Assembly: GCA_039588295.1 (NCBI GenBank)
Contig: JBDHAB010000061.1
Location: forward strand, 1 to 18,767
DNA from: Gemmatimonadota bacterium
GTDB lineage: Bacteria; Gemmatimonadota; Gemmatimonadetes; Gemmatimonadales; GWC2-71-9
DNA length: 18,767 nt
Direction of reading: 5' to 3'
Part shown: positions 8,466 to 16,591 of the stretch, in pieces
Position numbering within the stretch: position 1 is the stretch's first letter
Layout: every line of letters begins with the position of its first letter
Made by a program: the position numbers and the translations under genes
Notes under the pieces: generated by a model
The model's input: only the letters and a program-made list of their open reading frames with translations
Database searches by the model: none
What the model was told of the DNA's origin: nothing

Positions 8466-11400
8466 CAGTCGTCCTCCCGCTTGTTGACCTTTGGATCGCC
8501 CGCGAGGGCTCCCTTCGTTCCCAGCTTACGGGACGCGAGGGCCGGCTTCGAGTCTGGAGTCCCGGCCAGGGCCGCGCGATTCGAGGGAAGCCCGATCAGC
8601 GTTCCGTAGAACTGCGTAATGAAGTCGAGCAGCGGGACCTGGCCCACCAGGCTCAGGACGCCGGCCGGGACCGTGATCGAGAAGGGCCCGAGTGTCGCGG
8701 TAGGCTCGCTCGCGCTGAGGGTCAGGCTCGCGCTCGAAACCTCGATGCTGAACGGGCCGAGGCTCGTGACCGGCACCTGGCCCGTGAGGCTCAGCGAGGC
8801 CGCGTTCACTTCGATGGAGAAGGGGCCGAAGCTGGTCACGGGGGCGAATCCGGTGAGATTCAGGGAAGCCGTCGGGACCACGACCGAGAAGGGCCCGAGG
8901 ACCGTCGGCACCTGGCCGGTCAGGGTGAGGGAGCCGCTCCCGGGCTGCACGAGCTCGTCCTCGGCGACCAGGAACTCCGCCATGACCAGCGACGCGCGAG
9001 TCGGGGCCCCGATGGTCTTGTGGAACTCGACGGTCTTCGTGCCCGCGCTCGTGACCTGGTGGTCCGCGACGGACCCGCTGCTCGAGCTGGACGTGTGGTC
9101 GATCTGTTCCGTGAAGTCGCTCAGGTCGTCCTGCGTCCAGGCGGAGCCAGCCGTTCCGGCCGTTCCGGCGGCGACTACGGCGACGAGGTACGCGCCGAGC
9201 GTTCCGTCGATCGTGTCGCTCATCGGGTTATCGGGGGGCTCTGCACCGAGCGTTTCTGTGTCCCCGAGTGGATCGCCTTGGTCGACGTTCTCGTACGTCG
9301 CGACGCTCCAGCGCTCGTTATTGGGAAGGTTCGACCAGCTCCAGGTCATCGCCTGTGAGCCGGCGAGAATGTCCGCGTCGAGCAAGTACCAGATTTCAGC
9401 TCCGGCCTTGAAGCCCGCACCTGTTTCGAGATTGACCGCCTTCGTGAGGTTGTTTCCGCCGAACTTGACCCAATTTAGGGTTGCCGATCCGGTGTCCTCC
9501 ATCTCGATCGTGACCACGAGCGCACGGTTCGTGCCGGCTCCCGCGGTGTGGTTGAAGGTCGTTCCTGGGTCCACATAGTCCGCCCAAGAGCCTACGCGCG
9601 CGACCACGTTGAGTCCGGGATCGGGGACCGGGACCTGGCCTGTCAGCGCCAGAGCTCCGGCGTCCGGGGTGATCGAGAACGGTCCGAGCGAGGAGATCGG
9701 CACGGCTGCGGTGAGCGTGAGCGTCGCCGAATCGGGCGTGACGCCGAACGGCCCGAGCGACGAGATCGGGGTCTGCCCGGCGAGCACCAGGTCGGCCTTG
9801 CCGACCGGAATCGTCTCTATCTCCTCCAGGTCCGCAATCGGCACCTGGCCGGTAAGTGCCAACGTCGCCGCGCCCGGTGTGATGTTGAACGGACCGAGAC
9901 TCAAAACGGGGATCTGCGCGGTGAGGATGAGCGCGGTCGATGCTGGACCGACCACCACGTCCTCTCCTGCAACGGGGACTTGGCCGGTCAGAGTCAGAGC
10001 CGTCGAGCCGACTATGATCTGGAACGGCCCGAGTGCGGGAGTCGGTGCAGCTCCGGTGATAGTCAGCGACGTCGAGTCGACCGTGATCGTGAAGGGACCG
10101 AGGGACACCGTGGGGGTCTGGCCTGCAAGTGTCAGAGTGGCACTTCCTACTTCGATGCTGAACGGCCCGAGCGACGGGACGGGCACTTGGCCCGTCAAAG
10201 TGAGCGCGCCGGCACCCGGGATCACCTCGACGTCCTCCGTTGTATCCGCGATCGGCACCTGGCCGGTCAGAACCAGCGCCCCCGCGGCGGGTGTGACGGA
10301 GAAGGGGCCTAGGCTCACGGTCGGCACCTGGCCGGAGAGAGTGAGCGTCGCGTTTGTGACCTGAATCGAGAAGGGGCCCAGGTCGGGCGTAGGCACCGCC
10401 GCGGTCAGCGTTAGCGTTGCGCTGCCGACCCCGATGGCGAACGGGCCCAGCGAAGGCGTCGGCACCTGGCCCGTGAGTACGAGTGCGGCGGCAGCCGGGG
10501 TGACGGAGAACGGACCTAGGGAGGACACGGGAGCGAACCCCGCGAGCGTCAGTGGCGTCGAGTCGACGAGGATTGCGCCAGTAACTACGTCCGCGACCGG
10601 AACCTGGCCGGTTAGAATCAGGGCGGCAGCGGCAGGCGTGATAGAGAAGGGACCGAGGTCAGGAGTGGGGACTTGGCCGGTCAGGGTGAGGGAGCCGCTG
10701 CCCGGCTGTACCAGCTCGTCCGTGGCGACCAGGAGCTCGACCATGAGCATCGCCGTACGGTTTGGAGCCCCGCCCGCGTTCTTGAACTCTGCCGTCTTCG
10801 TTCCGCTGCTCAGGACGTCCAACTGCGCGACCGATCCGCTGCTCCCGCTCGAGGCGTGATCGAGCACCTCGTTTAGATCGCTGCCGCTGTCCTGTGTCCA
10901 GGTATCCGTACCGAGCCCGCAGACGACGGCTACGATGTGGGAGTAGAGCGAGACCGATAGCGTGTCTGTGATGGGGTCTGGTGCGGGCGCCCCGGTGTTG
11001 ACCGCAGTATTCCCGATCGGGTCTGACTGATCGACATTCTCGTAGGTGGCAACGCTCCACCTCTCGTTATCCGGGGCCGCGGCCCACGTCCAGGTGAGCG
11101 TCTGCGAGCCCGCTGGGATATCGGCCTCTTTGAGGTACCAAAGATGCACCCCGACGTAAGTCCCGGGCCCCACGTTTATGCTGGTGGCTTTTGTCAGGGA
11201 GTTACCCCCGAAGGTCACGCTGGAGATAGATGCCGAGGTGTTGTCTTTCATCTCGACCGTCACCACGAGCAGACGATTCGTCCCGGCCTGGGCCGTGTGG
11301 GAGAAGCTCGTCCCGGGGTCTATGTACTCCGACCAGGAGCCGACGCGCTTGACCTGGCCGGCATCGACGTAGGGAAGCTGCGGCGTGAGCGTCAGATCCG

Positions 11401-14311
11401 TCTTTGCCACGGGAATCGTCACGTCAACCGAAACGTTCGCAACCGGGACCTGGCCGGTCAGCACGAGTGAGCCAGCGGCGGGAGTGATCGAGAAGGGTCC
11501 AAGCGAAGGCGTCGGAACCTGTCCAGAAAGCGTCAGCGCCGTGCTCCCGACTTCAATCGAGAATGGCCCTAGATCCGGCGTTGGAGCCGCTCCCGTGATC
11601 GTCAGGGAAGTGGAATCGACCGTGATTGTGAACGGACCGAGGGAGACGCTTGGAGTCTGCCCTGCGAGGGTGAGTGCCGTAGATCCCACCTCGATAGAGA
11701 ACGGACCGAGAGAGCTCACCGGGACCTGGCCGGTCAGCGCGAGCGCGGTGCTTGCGACCGGGATCGTGGTGTCCCCAGCCACGACGTCCACGACGGGGAT
11801 CTTCCCGGTGAGGGTGAGTGCGGCCGATCCAGGCTTCGGCGTTCGGTCGCCCGTCTGAATCGCCAGGTAGGTCCACTTCCTCGCGGTTGCAGCGACCGTC
11901 GTGTAGTTCAGCGTGAAGCCGTCCGAGTCGAGCGACGACGGCTCCGCCATGATCCCGACGTTTCCGGCGTTGTTCAGCGCCTTCAATCCGTCTCGGCTAT
12001 AGACCTGATTCGTGTTCGACTCGGCGACCGCATCCTGATCTGACCAGGAGTACGATGCCGAGTTGTCCGTGCCAACGATCGGCATCCCGAAGAATATGGC
12101 ACCCGCCTGGGTATCGGTTTTTTCGGAGTCAACCGTGTCGATCATTCCGCCGACGAGCATCAGATGAGAGGGCTCGAACCCAACCCCGGTGTACGCCTTT
12201 GTGCCGGTCGAGCCCCCCTTCGTGTCGATCGTGCCAACATCGACGCTGCGCCCCGCCGGCAGCTTCACGGCGAGGTAATGCAGCGTGATGCTCCCTGAAC
12301 TGACTCGCGTCGTCATCACGAACCCGGTCGCGGTCCATGAGGTGATCTCGGCTGCGCGTGTGCCGCCGAGACTTGTCGTGCGCGCGATGTACGAGGACGA
12401 GTGGAAGCCCACCGGCTGCATGTCGGGCACGGCATCGTCTGAGGAATAAGCCTGACAGCCTTGCGGGTTTCCGGTGACGTTCGCGGCGAATCCGACGCCC
12501 AGGTGAGCATCGGATGCGGGAGTAGTGGCCCCCAAAGCGTGCACTCCGATCAGAAAGTCCGCCTCGAAAGGCACATCGGTAGCCGTCGCCGTGGCGTCCT
12601 GCGTCGCGTTGCCGGTGAGGTGCCCGACGTAGAACTCGGCGTCGTCACCCCCGAACAGGACGATGAAGAACTTTTTGGAGGCCCCAACGTCCGCCACGTT
12701 CACCTTGATGCCGTCTTTGATCCAGTGGAGGTGCCAGAACTGCCCCTCCGTCAGACCGCCCGAGCTGGCATGGCGCTCGTAGAGTGGCACTCCGAGTGCA
12801 GATAAATCACCGTCACGCGATGTGTCTGCCGCTGCTTCGGCATCGTCGGCGTTTATATTGATCTGCCACGATTTCTCGGGCTCTGCGTACTGGTTCCGCC
12901 CGACGACGGCCCCCCAATTCGAGTGAACGTGCGCGGCAATCGTCTCGGCGGTGACGCCTGCTCCCCCAAACAGAAACGCCGCTTTCGGCCAGCCGAAGCC
13001 AGAAGAAGTGAACGTAGCTTCGCCGGTTGCGGTCGGCTCCGTCGCCTCGATGATGGCGACCTTGAAGTCGAAGCCCTGGTTGTCGGAGATGACGTAGGTG
13101 AACCAGGCGTTGTGGAGAAAGACCGTGTTCGTGTCGTCGTTCGCGTACGAGTTCGCGAGGAATCCCGTCGCGTTGCTCGGGGTGATGTGTTGCCCACCGA
13201 TCGTGCGCCAATCGTCTTGCGTGCTTAGCACCTTCCATTCGGTGCCCCACGTCCAGGTGCCCGACTGTGATGTGGTACGTCGGGTCCAGGGTTGGCCGGT
13301 GTTGCCGAGGAAGTTCTTCATGTAAGTAACCATGACTTCCTCGCCGGCCGGAGCGGAGCGATCCCACTGGATGATGACCTGATAGGTGGTCGTGTCGGCG
13401 GCTACGGGGTCCGTAATGTCCGTCTTGAACGTGAAGCCGCCGGTCGTATCGTCGTGGTCGGCCTCGAACACGTTTAGCGCGGAGGACGCCGACGGGGCAG
13501 CCTCCCATATCGCCACCAGGGCTTTCCCGTTGTCGGGTCGCACCATCGCGTCGAAGTTTTTGTAGGCGGCGCTCAGGATGTGTCCGCCCGACGCCCCCAT
13601 GTCCTGATCGCCGTCCCAATCCGGCGTACCCGCCCCCGCGTTGTACCAATTCATCGCGACCGTGTTCGCGTCAGGCGGGGTGTCCTGCCAGAGCACGAGC
13701 CACCAGTCGTCGGTGCTGTTCGACTCTCCGGCAGGAAGGAGGAGCCCCCAATCCGTCTGCTCGGTCGCTCGGCTCCACTTCGATGCGCCCTTTGCGGAGA
13801 AGCTCGCGGTTGCGCCCTTCGTGGTCGAGACGATGAAGAAGTGCGCGGCGTCGGTGTTGTTGACGCGGCAGACCGCGCCGACGTGCCCGGCACGGTTCAC
13901 CGAGATCGAGACGTGGTAGCGAGCCGGGGCACTGGAGGCTGCGCCCGCCTGGCTCGGGTCGAAGTTCTTTTCTGCCGTCGTGGTGAACGAGTCGGACGCC
14001 ATGTCGATCGTCCGGTAGTAGAACTGACCGTTGGACGATCCGTCGCGAGAGACGTACCCGACGTGCAGAAGACTCCCGGTGTCCCCGGGAGTTTCCCAAT
14101 CCGCGTGCGCGTCGATCTTCCACGCGGCACTCGTAAAGAAGCTGGTCAGCTCAGACCATGTTTCCCCGTAGTCGGTGCTCTTGCGGACGACCGCCGTCGT
14201 CGTACCGGTCTGGATGATCTCGATCATCCGGTTCTCGTAGGAGAACGGACCGACAATCCCCCACCACGTATTGCAGTTTGCGAAGGTCGTGCCTATCTGA
14301 ACTTCCGGCAC
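8465..14311 (-). CDS. Giant fibre/adhesin-like virion protein (1948 aa): N-terminal propeller-like domain, second beta domain, ~28 x ~23-aa repeats and two duplicated ~205-aa inserted domains
   Basis: Long open frame with a GTG start. Asp-box-like STDYGETWS near the N-terminus. GFGWPKA / VPFEADF / VGFEPSH internal motifs. LGPFSI.V.S.ALTLTGQVP repeats. Confidence 0.85.
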   Translation of the reverse strand: MPEVQIGTTFANCNTWWGIVGPFSYENRMIEIIQTGTTTAVVRKSTDYGETWSELTSFFTSAAWKIDAHADWETPGDTGSLLHVGYVSRDGSSNGQFYYRTIDMASDSFTTTAEKNFDPSQAGAASSAPARYHVSISVNRAGHVGAVCRVNNTDAAHFFIVSTTKGATASFSAKGASKWSRATEQTDWGLLLPAGESNSTDDWWLVLWQDTPPDANTVAMNWYNAGAGTPDWDGDQDMGASGGHILSAAYKNFDAMVRPDNGKALVAIWEAAPSASSALNVFEADHDDTTGGFTFKTDITDPVAADTTTYQVIIQWDRSAPAGEEVMVTYMKNFLGNTGQPWTRRTTSQSGTWTWGTEWKVLSTQDDWRTIGGQHITPSNATGFLANSYANDDTNTVFLHNAWFTYVISDNQGFDFKVAIIEATEPTATGEATFTSSGFGWPKAAFLFGGAGVTAETIAAHVHSNWGAVVGRNQYAEPEKSWQININADDAEAAADTSRDGDLSALGVPLYERHASSGGLTEGQFWHLHWIKDGIKVNVADVGASKKFFIVLFGGDDAEFYVGHLTGNATQDATATATDVPFEADFLIGVHALGATTPASDAHLGVGFAANVTGNPQGCQAYSSDDAVPDMQPVGFHSSSYIARTTSLGGTRAAEITSWTATGFVMTTRVSSGSITLHYLAVKLPAGRSVDVGTIDTKGGSTGTKAYTGVGFEPSHLMLVGGMIDTVDSEKTDTQAGAIFFGMPIVGTDNSASYSWSDQDAVAESNTNQVYSRDGLKALNNAGNVGIMAEPSSLDSDGFTLNYTTVAATARKWTYLAIQTGDRTPKPGSAALTLTGKIPVVDVVAGDTTIPVASTALALTGQVPVSSLGPFSIEVGSTALTLAGQTPSVSLGPFTITVDSTSLTITGAAPTPDLGPFSIEVGSTALTLSGQVPTPSLGPFSITPAAGSLVLTGQVPVANVSVDVTIPVAKTDLTLTPQLPYVDAGQVKRVGSWSEYIDPGTSFSHTAQAGTNRLLVVTVEMKDNTSASISSVTFGGNSLTKATSINVGPGTYVGVHLWYLKEADIPAGSQTLTWTWAAAPDNERWSVATYENVDQSDPIGNTAVNTGAPAPDPITDTLSVSLYSHIVAVVCGLGTDTWTQDSGSDLNEVLDHASSGSSGSVAQLDVLSSGTKTAEFKNAGGAPNRTAMLMVELLVATDELVQPGSGSLTLTGQVPTPDLGPFSITPAAAALILTGQVPVADVVTGAILVDSTPLTLAGFAPVSSLGPFSVTPAAAALVLTGQVPTPSLGPFAIGVGSATLTLTAAVPTPDLGPFSIQVTNATLTLSGQVPTVSLGPFSVTPAAGALVLTGQVPIADTTEDVEVIPGAGALTLTGQVPVPSLGPFSIEVGSATLTLAGQTPTVSLGPFTITVDSTSLTITGAAPTPALGPFQIIVGSTALTLTGQVPVAGEDVVVGPASTALILTAQIPVLSLGPFNITPGAATLALTGQVPIADLEEIETIPVGKADLVLAGQTPISSLGPFGVTPDSATLTLTAAVPISSLGPFSITPDAGALALTGQVPVPDPGLNVVARVGSWADYVDPGTTFNHTAGAGTNRALVVTIEMEDTGSATLNWVKFGGNNLTKAVNLETGAGFKAGAEIWYLLDADILAGSQAMTWSWSNLPNNERWSVATYENVDQGDPLGDTETLGAEPPDNPMSDTIDGTLGAYLVAVVAAGTAGTAGSAWTQDDLSDFTEQIDHTSSSSSGSVADHQVTSAGTKTVEFHKTIGAPTRASLVMAEFLVAEDELVQPGSGSLTLTGQVPTVLGPFSVVVPTASLNLTGFAPVTSFGPFSIEVNAASLSLTGQVPVTSLGPFSIEVSSASLTLSASEPTATLGPFSITVPAGVLSLVGQVPLLDFITQFYGTLIGLPSNRAALAGTPDSKPALASRKLGTKGALAGDPKVNKREDD
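8625..11845 (-). repeat. Degenerate ~69-bp (23-aa) coding repeats in three blocks (about 7, 16 and 5 units) separated by two paralogous domains
   Basis: Counted by eye from the translation. Blocks at roughly 11845-11360, 10720-9620 and 8960-8625. Consensus LGPFSI(E/T)(V/P)xx(A/S)LTL(T/A)GQVPxxx. Confidence 0.85.
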
Positions 14312-14314
14312 GGG

Positions 14315-14626
14315 TTAGATCCCGAAGCGCGTGCGTAGCTCCGCCTTCGTGGTGTAGTGGTAGCCGGCTTCGCCGAGCAGCAGAACGTCGTGGAGTGCCT
14401 GCGAGAATTTGAACCGTTCCGCCGCTGGCATCGCCTGGCCGGCCGAGATCAACGCATCCAGCTCCGTCTCGTCCTCGGCAGACAGGTTGAACGCGGTCAC
14501 GATCTGCGCGCGAGTGACTTCCCCGCGCTCCAGCTCGCCCATCGCGGCCATGAAGGCGTGAACGCCAATCTTCCCGCCTACCGCTGGGTCCTGAGTGGTG
14601 TGGTAGAGCCGGTCTACGAGGCCCAT
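14315..14626 (-). CDS. Hypothetical helical protein (103 aa), possible fibre chaperone/partner
   Basis: Strong SD GGAGGAG. Ends 3 nt before the giant gene start. Function is inferred from position only. Confidence 0.75.
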   Translation of the reverse strand: MGLVDRLYHTTQDPAVGGKIGVHAFMAAMGELERGEVTRAQIVTAFNLSAEDETELDALISAGQAMPAAERFKFSQALHDVLLLGEAGYHYTTKAELRTRFGI

Positions 14627-14656
14627 CGCTCCTCCGATCCAGCGGGGCGATTTGGC

Positions 14657-15103
14657 CTAGCCGCTGAGCTGGAAATACCCGTTGGCGTGAATCTGAATCG
14701 TCAGCGTGTTCCCGTCGTTCACCGTCACGTTCGCGGGAGTGTTGTCGAGCAGCGAGTAGCTCACGAGCGGATCGAGCGGCGAGGCAGGAGTGTCATCCCA
14801 CAGAACCGCGAACCGGCAGATGATCGACCCGCCGGCAGCGGTCCAGGTCGGATCGTCCGAGTCGAATGTCACGGTCCCCGAAGACTCGACCCACGTCCGC
14901 GTCACCGCGTCCCCGCCGGTCAAGTACCCGAACTGCTGGGCGTGCTCGTTCGTCAGGTCCCCCTTGAGTGAGTTCGTCAGCGTCGCGGCGTTCGACGTGT
15001 CCAGGTACAGGGCGACCTTGAAGGCATCGCCGTCCAGGTCCATCGACCCGTCGGCCATGTACTCCTTGAACTTGTTGTAGTGCTTCCACGCATCGGCGGC
15101 CAT
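14657..15103 (-). CDS. Conserved beta-rich phage virion protein (148 aa), candidate fibre subunit
   Basis: Pattern W..YN.FK....DG..DLD.D.FKVAL...GY..GG.....W....G.VTFD..DPTWTA.GGSI..R.AVL.DDT...DPLV....LD....TV..G.TLTI.....G.F.L is a recognisable family that typically precedes long repeat proteins. SD GGAGGG. Confidence 0.85.
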   Translation of the reverse strand: MAADAWKHYNKFKEYMADGSMDLDGDAFKVALYLDTSNAATLTNSLKGDLTNEHAQQFGYLTGGDAVTRTWVESSGTVTFDSDDPTWTAAGGSIICRFAVLWDDTPASPLDPLVSYSLLDNTPANVTVNDGNTLTIQIHANGYFQLSG

Positions 15104-15104
15104 G

Positions 15105-15344
15105 TCAGTTGCCCTCCAGGCTCAGCTCCGCGGGCGGGATCGTGATGCTCACGTCCCCCGCGCGGCGCTTGCGAAGTGCGGCCACCCGAGCCTCGGCGTG
15201 GGCCAGCTCCAGGGACTCCCTGAGCTCCCCGATCGTCTTCTTGATCTTCTCGGCTCGCGGACCACTCACGGTCCCCAGCCGGGCCGTCAGCTTCGCGATG
15301 CTGTAGCGGACCCTCTCAGATCGTAGCGATGCCTTGTCCGGCAT
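15105..15344 (-). CDS. Small basic helical protein (79 aa) ending in one copy of the fibre-repeat-like strand (GDVSITIPPAELSLEGN)
   Basis: SD GGAGGAGG before ATG. Stop 1 nt before the next ATG. Confidence 0.75.
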   Translation of the reverse strand: MPDKASLRSERVRYSIAKLTARLGTVSGPRAEKIKKTIGELRESLELAHAEARVAALRKRRAGDVSITIPPAELSLEGN

Positions 15345-15615
15345 TTGGAGCCTCCTCCAGTGGTATCCCCACGATTGTCAGCTTGGGCTTCAATCGGAAG
15401 TACCGCTTGCACGTCGTACAGAACGGGGGCTCTTTCGCCTCGAACGCCACCGTCCCGTCCGCGGATCGGTCCAGGCGGATGATGGCCGCGCCGATCGGCT
15501 CGTACGGACACGCGATCCGATGGAACTCGGACGTCTTGCCGCGACCGAGCGTTTCGATCCGTTGCTTCGGCAGGGCCTTCGGGCCGGATAGTTCGTCCCC
15601 CACGGGGACGAGCAT
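15316..15615 (-). CDS. Hypothetical protein (99 aa) with H-x3-C and CxxC (possible zinc ribbon); first gene of the leftward operon
   Basis: Coding-like codon usage, with FHRIACP and FCTTCKR. The SD-like GAGGT abuts the ATG, so the start is less certain. Confidence 0.6.
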   Translation of the reverse strand: MLVPVGDELSGPKALPKQRIETLGRGKTSEFHRIACPYEPIGAAIIRLDRSADGTVAFEAKEPPFCTTCKRYFRLKPKLTIVGIPLEEAPNAGQGIATI

Positions 15616-15627
15616 ACCTCAAAAGGT

Positions 15628-15696
15628 GGCCGGGGGCGCGGCGCTGCGCCGGCTGTCTGGACGGACCGTCCAACGGAGCGCGCATCGCCCCCGGCC
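15628..15696 (-). promoter_or_regulatory. Long imperfect leader hairpin at the 5' end of the leftward operon
   Basis: Perfect 11-bp inverted repeat 15628-15638/15686-15696 enclosing further pairings (TGCGC/GCGCA, GCT/AGC, TGGACG/CGTCCA). Followed on the minus strand by ACCTTTT. Confidence 0.65.
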
Positions 15697-15702
15697 GATC
15701 CC

Positions 15703-15708
15703 AGGATA
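15703..15708 (-). promoter_or_regulatory. Putative -10 element (TATCCT) of the leftward/late promoter; no recognisable -35
   Basis: TAnnnT hexamer with 6 nt between it and the first base of the leader hairpin (15696). Confidence 0.45.
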
Positions 15709-15713
15709 CCCAC

Positions 15714-15742
15714 TTGCCCCGGACCCCGCCCAGGCGTACTCT
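15714..15742 (+). promoter_or_regulatory. Putative sigma70-type rightward promoter TTGCCC-N17-TACTCT
   Basis: Canonical 17-nt spacer. ATG of the first rightward ORF lies 8 nt downstream of the -10. Confidence 0.6.
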
Positions 15743-15750
15743 CGCGGCCG

Positions 15751-16011
15751 ATGGGGACGGACCGACCAGGCTGCTCAGGACTCCCGGAAAGCGTGTTCAC
15801 GATCGACCGGGACGATCACGGCGCGATCTACGTCTCCGTCCGCGGCGGCCCCACGCTCCTACTCCTCGGGGCGATCACCGCGCGCGACCTGAGCCAGAAC
15901 CAGGTGCTCCCCTTCATCCGGGACCGGCTCGAGGAGTACGTTGACCAGGGCGCGATCCCGGAGGATATCGCCCGCCGAATCCACGAAACCCTATCCGAGG
16001 AGGACCCATGA
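15751..16011 (+). CDS. Hypothetical protein (86 aa; alternative GTG start at 15793)
   Basis: Coding-like codons from 15793 onward. ATGA coupling to the next gene. Promoter immediately upstream. Confidence 0.7.
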   Translation: MGTDRPGCSGLPESVFTIDRDDHGAIYVSVRGGPTLLLLGAITARDLSQNQVLPFIRDRLEEYVDQGAIPEDIARRIHETLSEEDP

Positions 16012-16262
16012 CACAGCCAGAGAGCCCATCCGAACGTCCGAGCCCGATCTCCGCGCTGAGGCTCGGGGACTGGTTCACCCACCACCCGCCCAAGAATGAC
16101 GAGCAGATCCAGGGCTACGTCCAGATCCGCAACGCCGGGCACGACTTCGCGCGGACCATCGTCGCGAACTGCCCGCCGAGTGCGGACACGACCGCGGCGG
16201 TCCGCAAGGTCCGCGAGGCGGTGATGACGGCGAACGCCGCTATCGCCTGCGAGGGCCGGTGA
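16008..16262 (+). CDS. Acb2/Tad1-like helical-hairpin protein (84 aa), candidate cyclic-nucleotide sponge (anti-CBASS/anti-Thoeris)
   Basis: WFTHHPP...Q...Y..IR.....FA..I...CP.SADTTAAVRKVREAVMTANAAIA matches the FTYH-P...SRE.S.A.TKLEEA.MWANA.IA family pattern. Strong SD GAGGAGG. Confidence 0.65.
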   Translation: MTQPESPSERPSPISALRLGDWFTHHPPKNDEQIQGYVQIRNAGHDFARTIVANCPPSADTTAAVRKVREAVMTANAAIACEGR

Positions 16263-16552
16263 TGAGCCCCGAATCCACACCGAAGGCCACGCTCCGCGAG
16301 CGCATCCTCGCACTCCGCGAGTTCGCCCTGGAGCTGACGAACCTGGCCGCTGCCGTCCAGAACAACGTCGACGTCCCCGTCCCGACCGAGGTGCTCGACC
16401 AGCCGGAGAGCCCGGACGCCCCGCTCTCCGTGATCGCGAGCGATGCGATCAACTACCTGGCGTCGGCCCGCAAGACCCTCCAGGAAACCATCGGCCAGGT
16501 CGAGCCGAGGGACCGCAGCACAGGCGCAGCCGCGCAGGTCAAGCCGTTCTGA
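16259..16552 (+). CDS. Hypothetical helical protein (97 aa; GTG 16259 or ATG 16262)
   Basis: GTGATG overlap with the upstream stop. Coding-like codons. Confidence 0.7.
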   Translation: MMSPESTPKATLRERILALREFALELTNLAAAVQNNVDVPVPTEVLDQPESPDAPLSVIASDAINYLASARKTLQETIGQVEPRDRSTGAAAQVKPF

Positions 16553-16553
16553 C

Positions 16554-16583
16554 TTGACAGCCCCCACCTGACAACGGCATGGT
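16554..16583 (+). promoter_or_regulatory. Putative promoter TTGACA-N18-CATGGT
   Basis: Perfect -35 in the short intergenic gap, with an imperfect -10. GTG of the next ORF is 8 nt downstream. Confidence 0.55.
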
Positions 16584-16591
16584 TCGGGGCC

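Noticed and set aside
8625..11845. Periodic repeats as a CRISPR array or DGR template/variable repeat
   Set aside because: The repeats are degenerate at synonymous positions within an open frame, with no identical repeat-spacer structure. There is no adenine-specific variation and no reverse transcriptase in the window.
124..15080. Many long plus-strand ORFs (e.g. 124-1194, 2410-3681, 5764-7119, 8619-9578)
   Set aside because: Antisense shadows of the minus-strand genes, expected at this GC content. They have no motifs or start signals.
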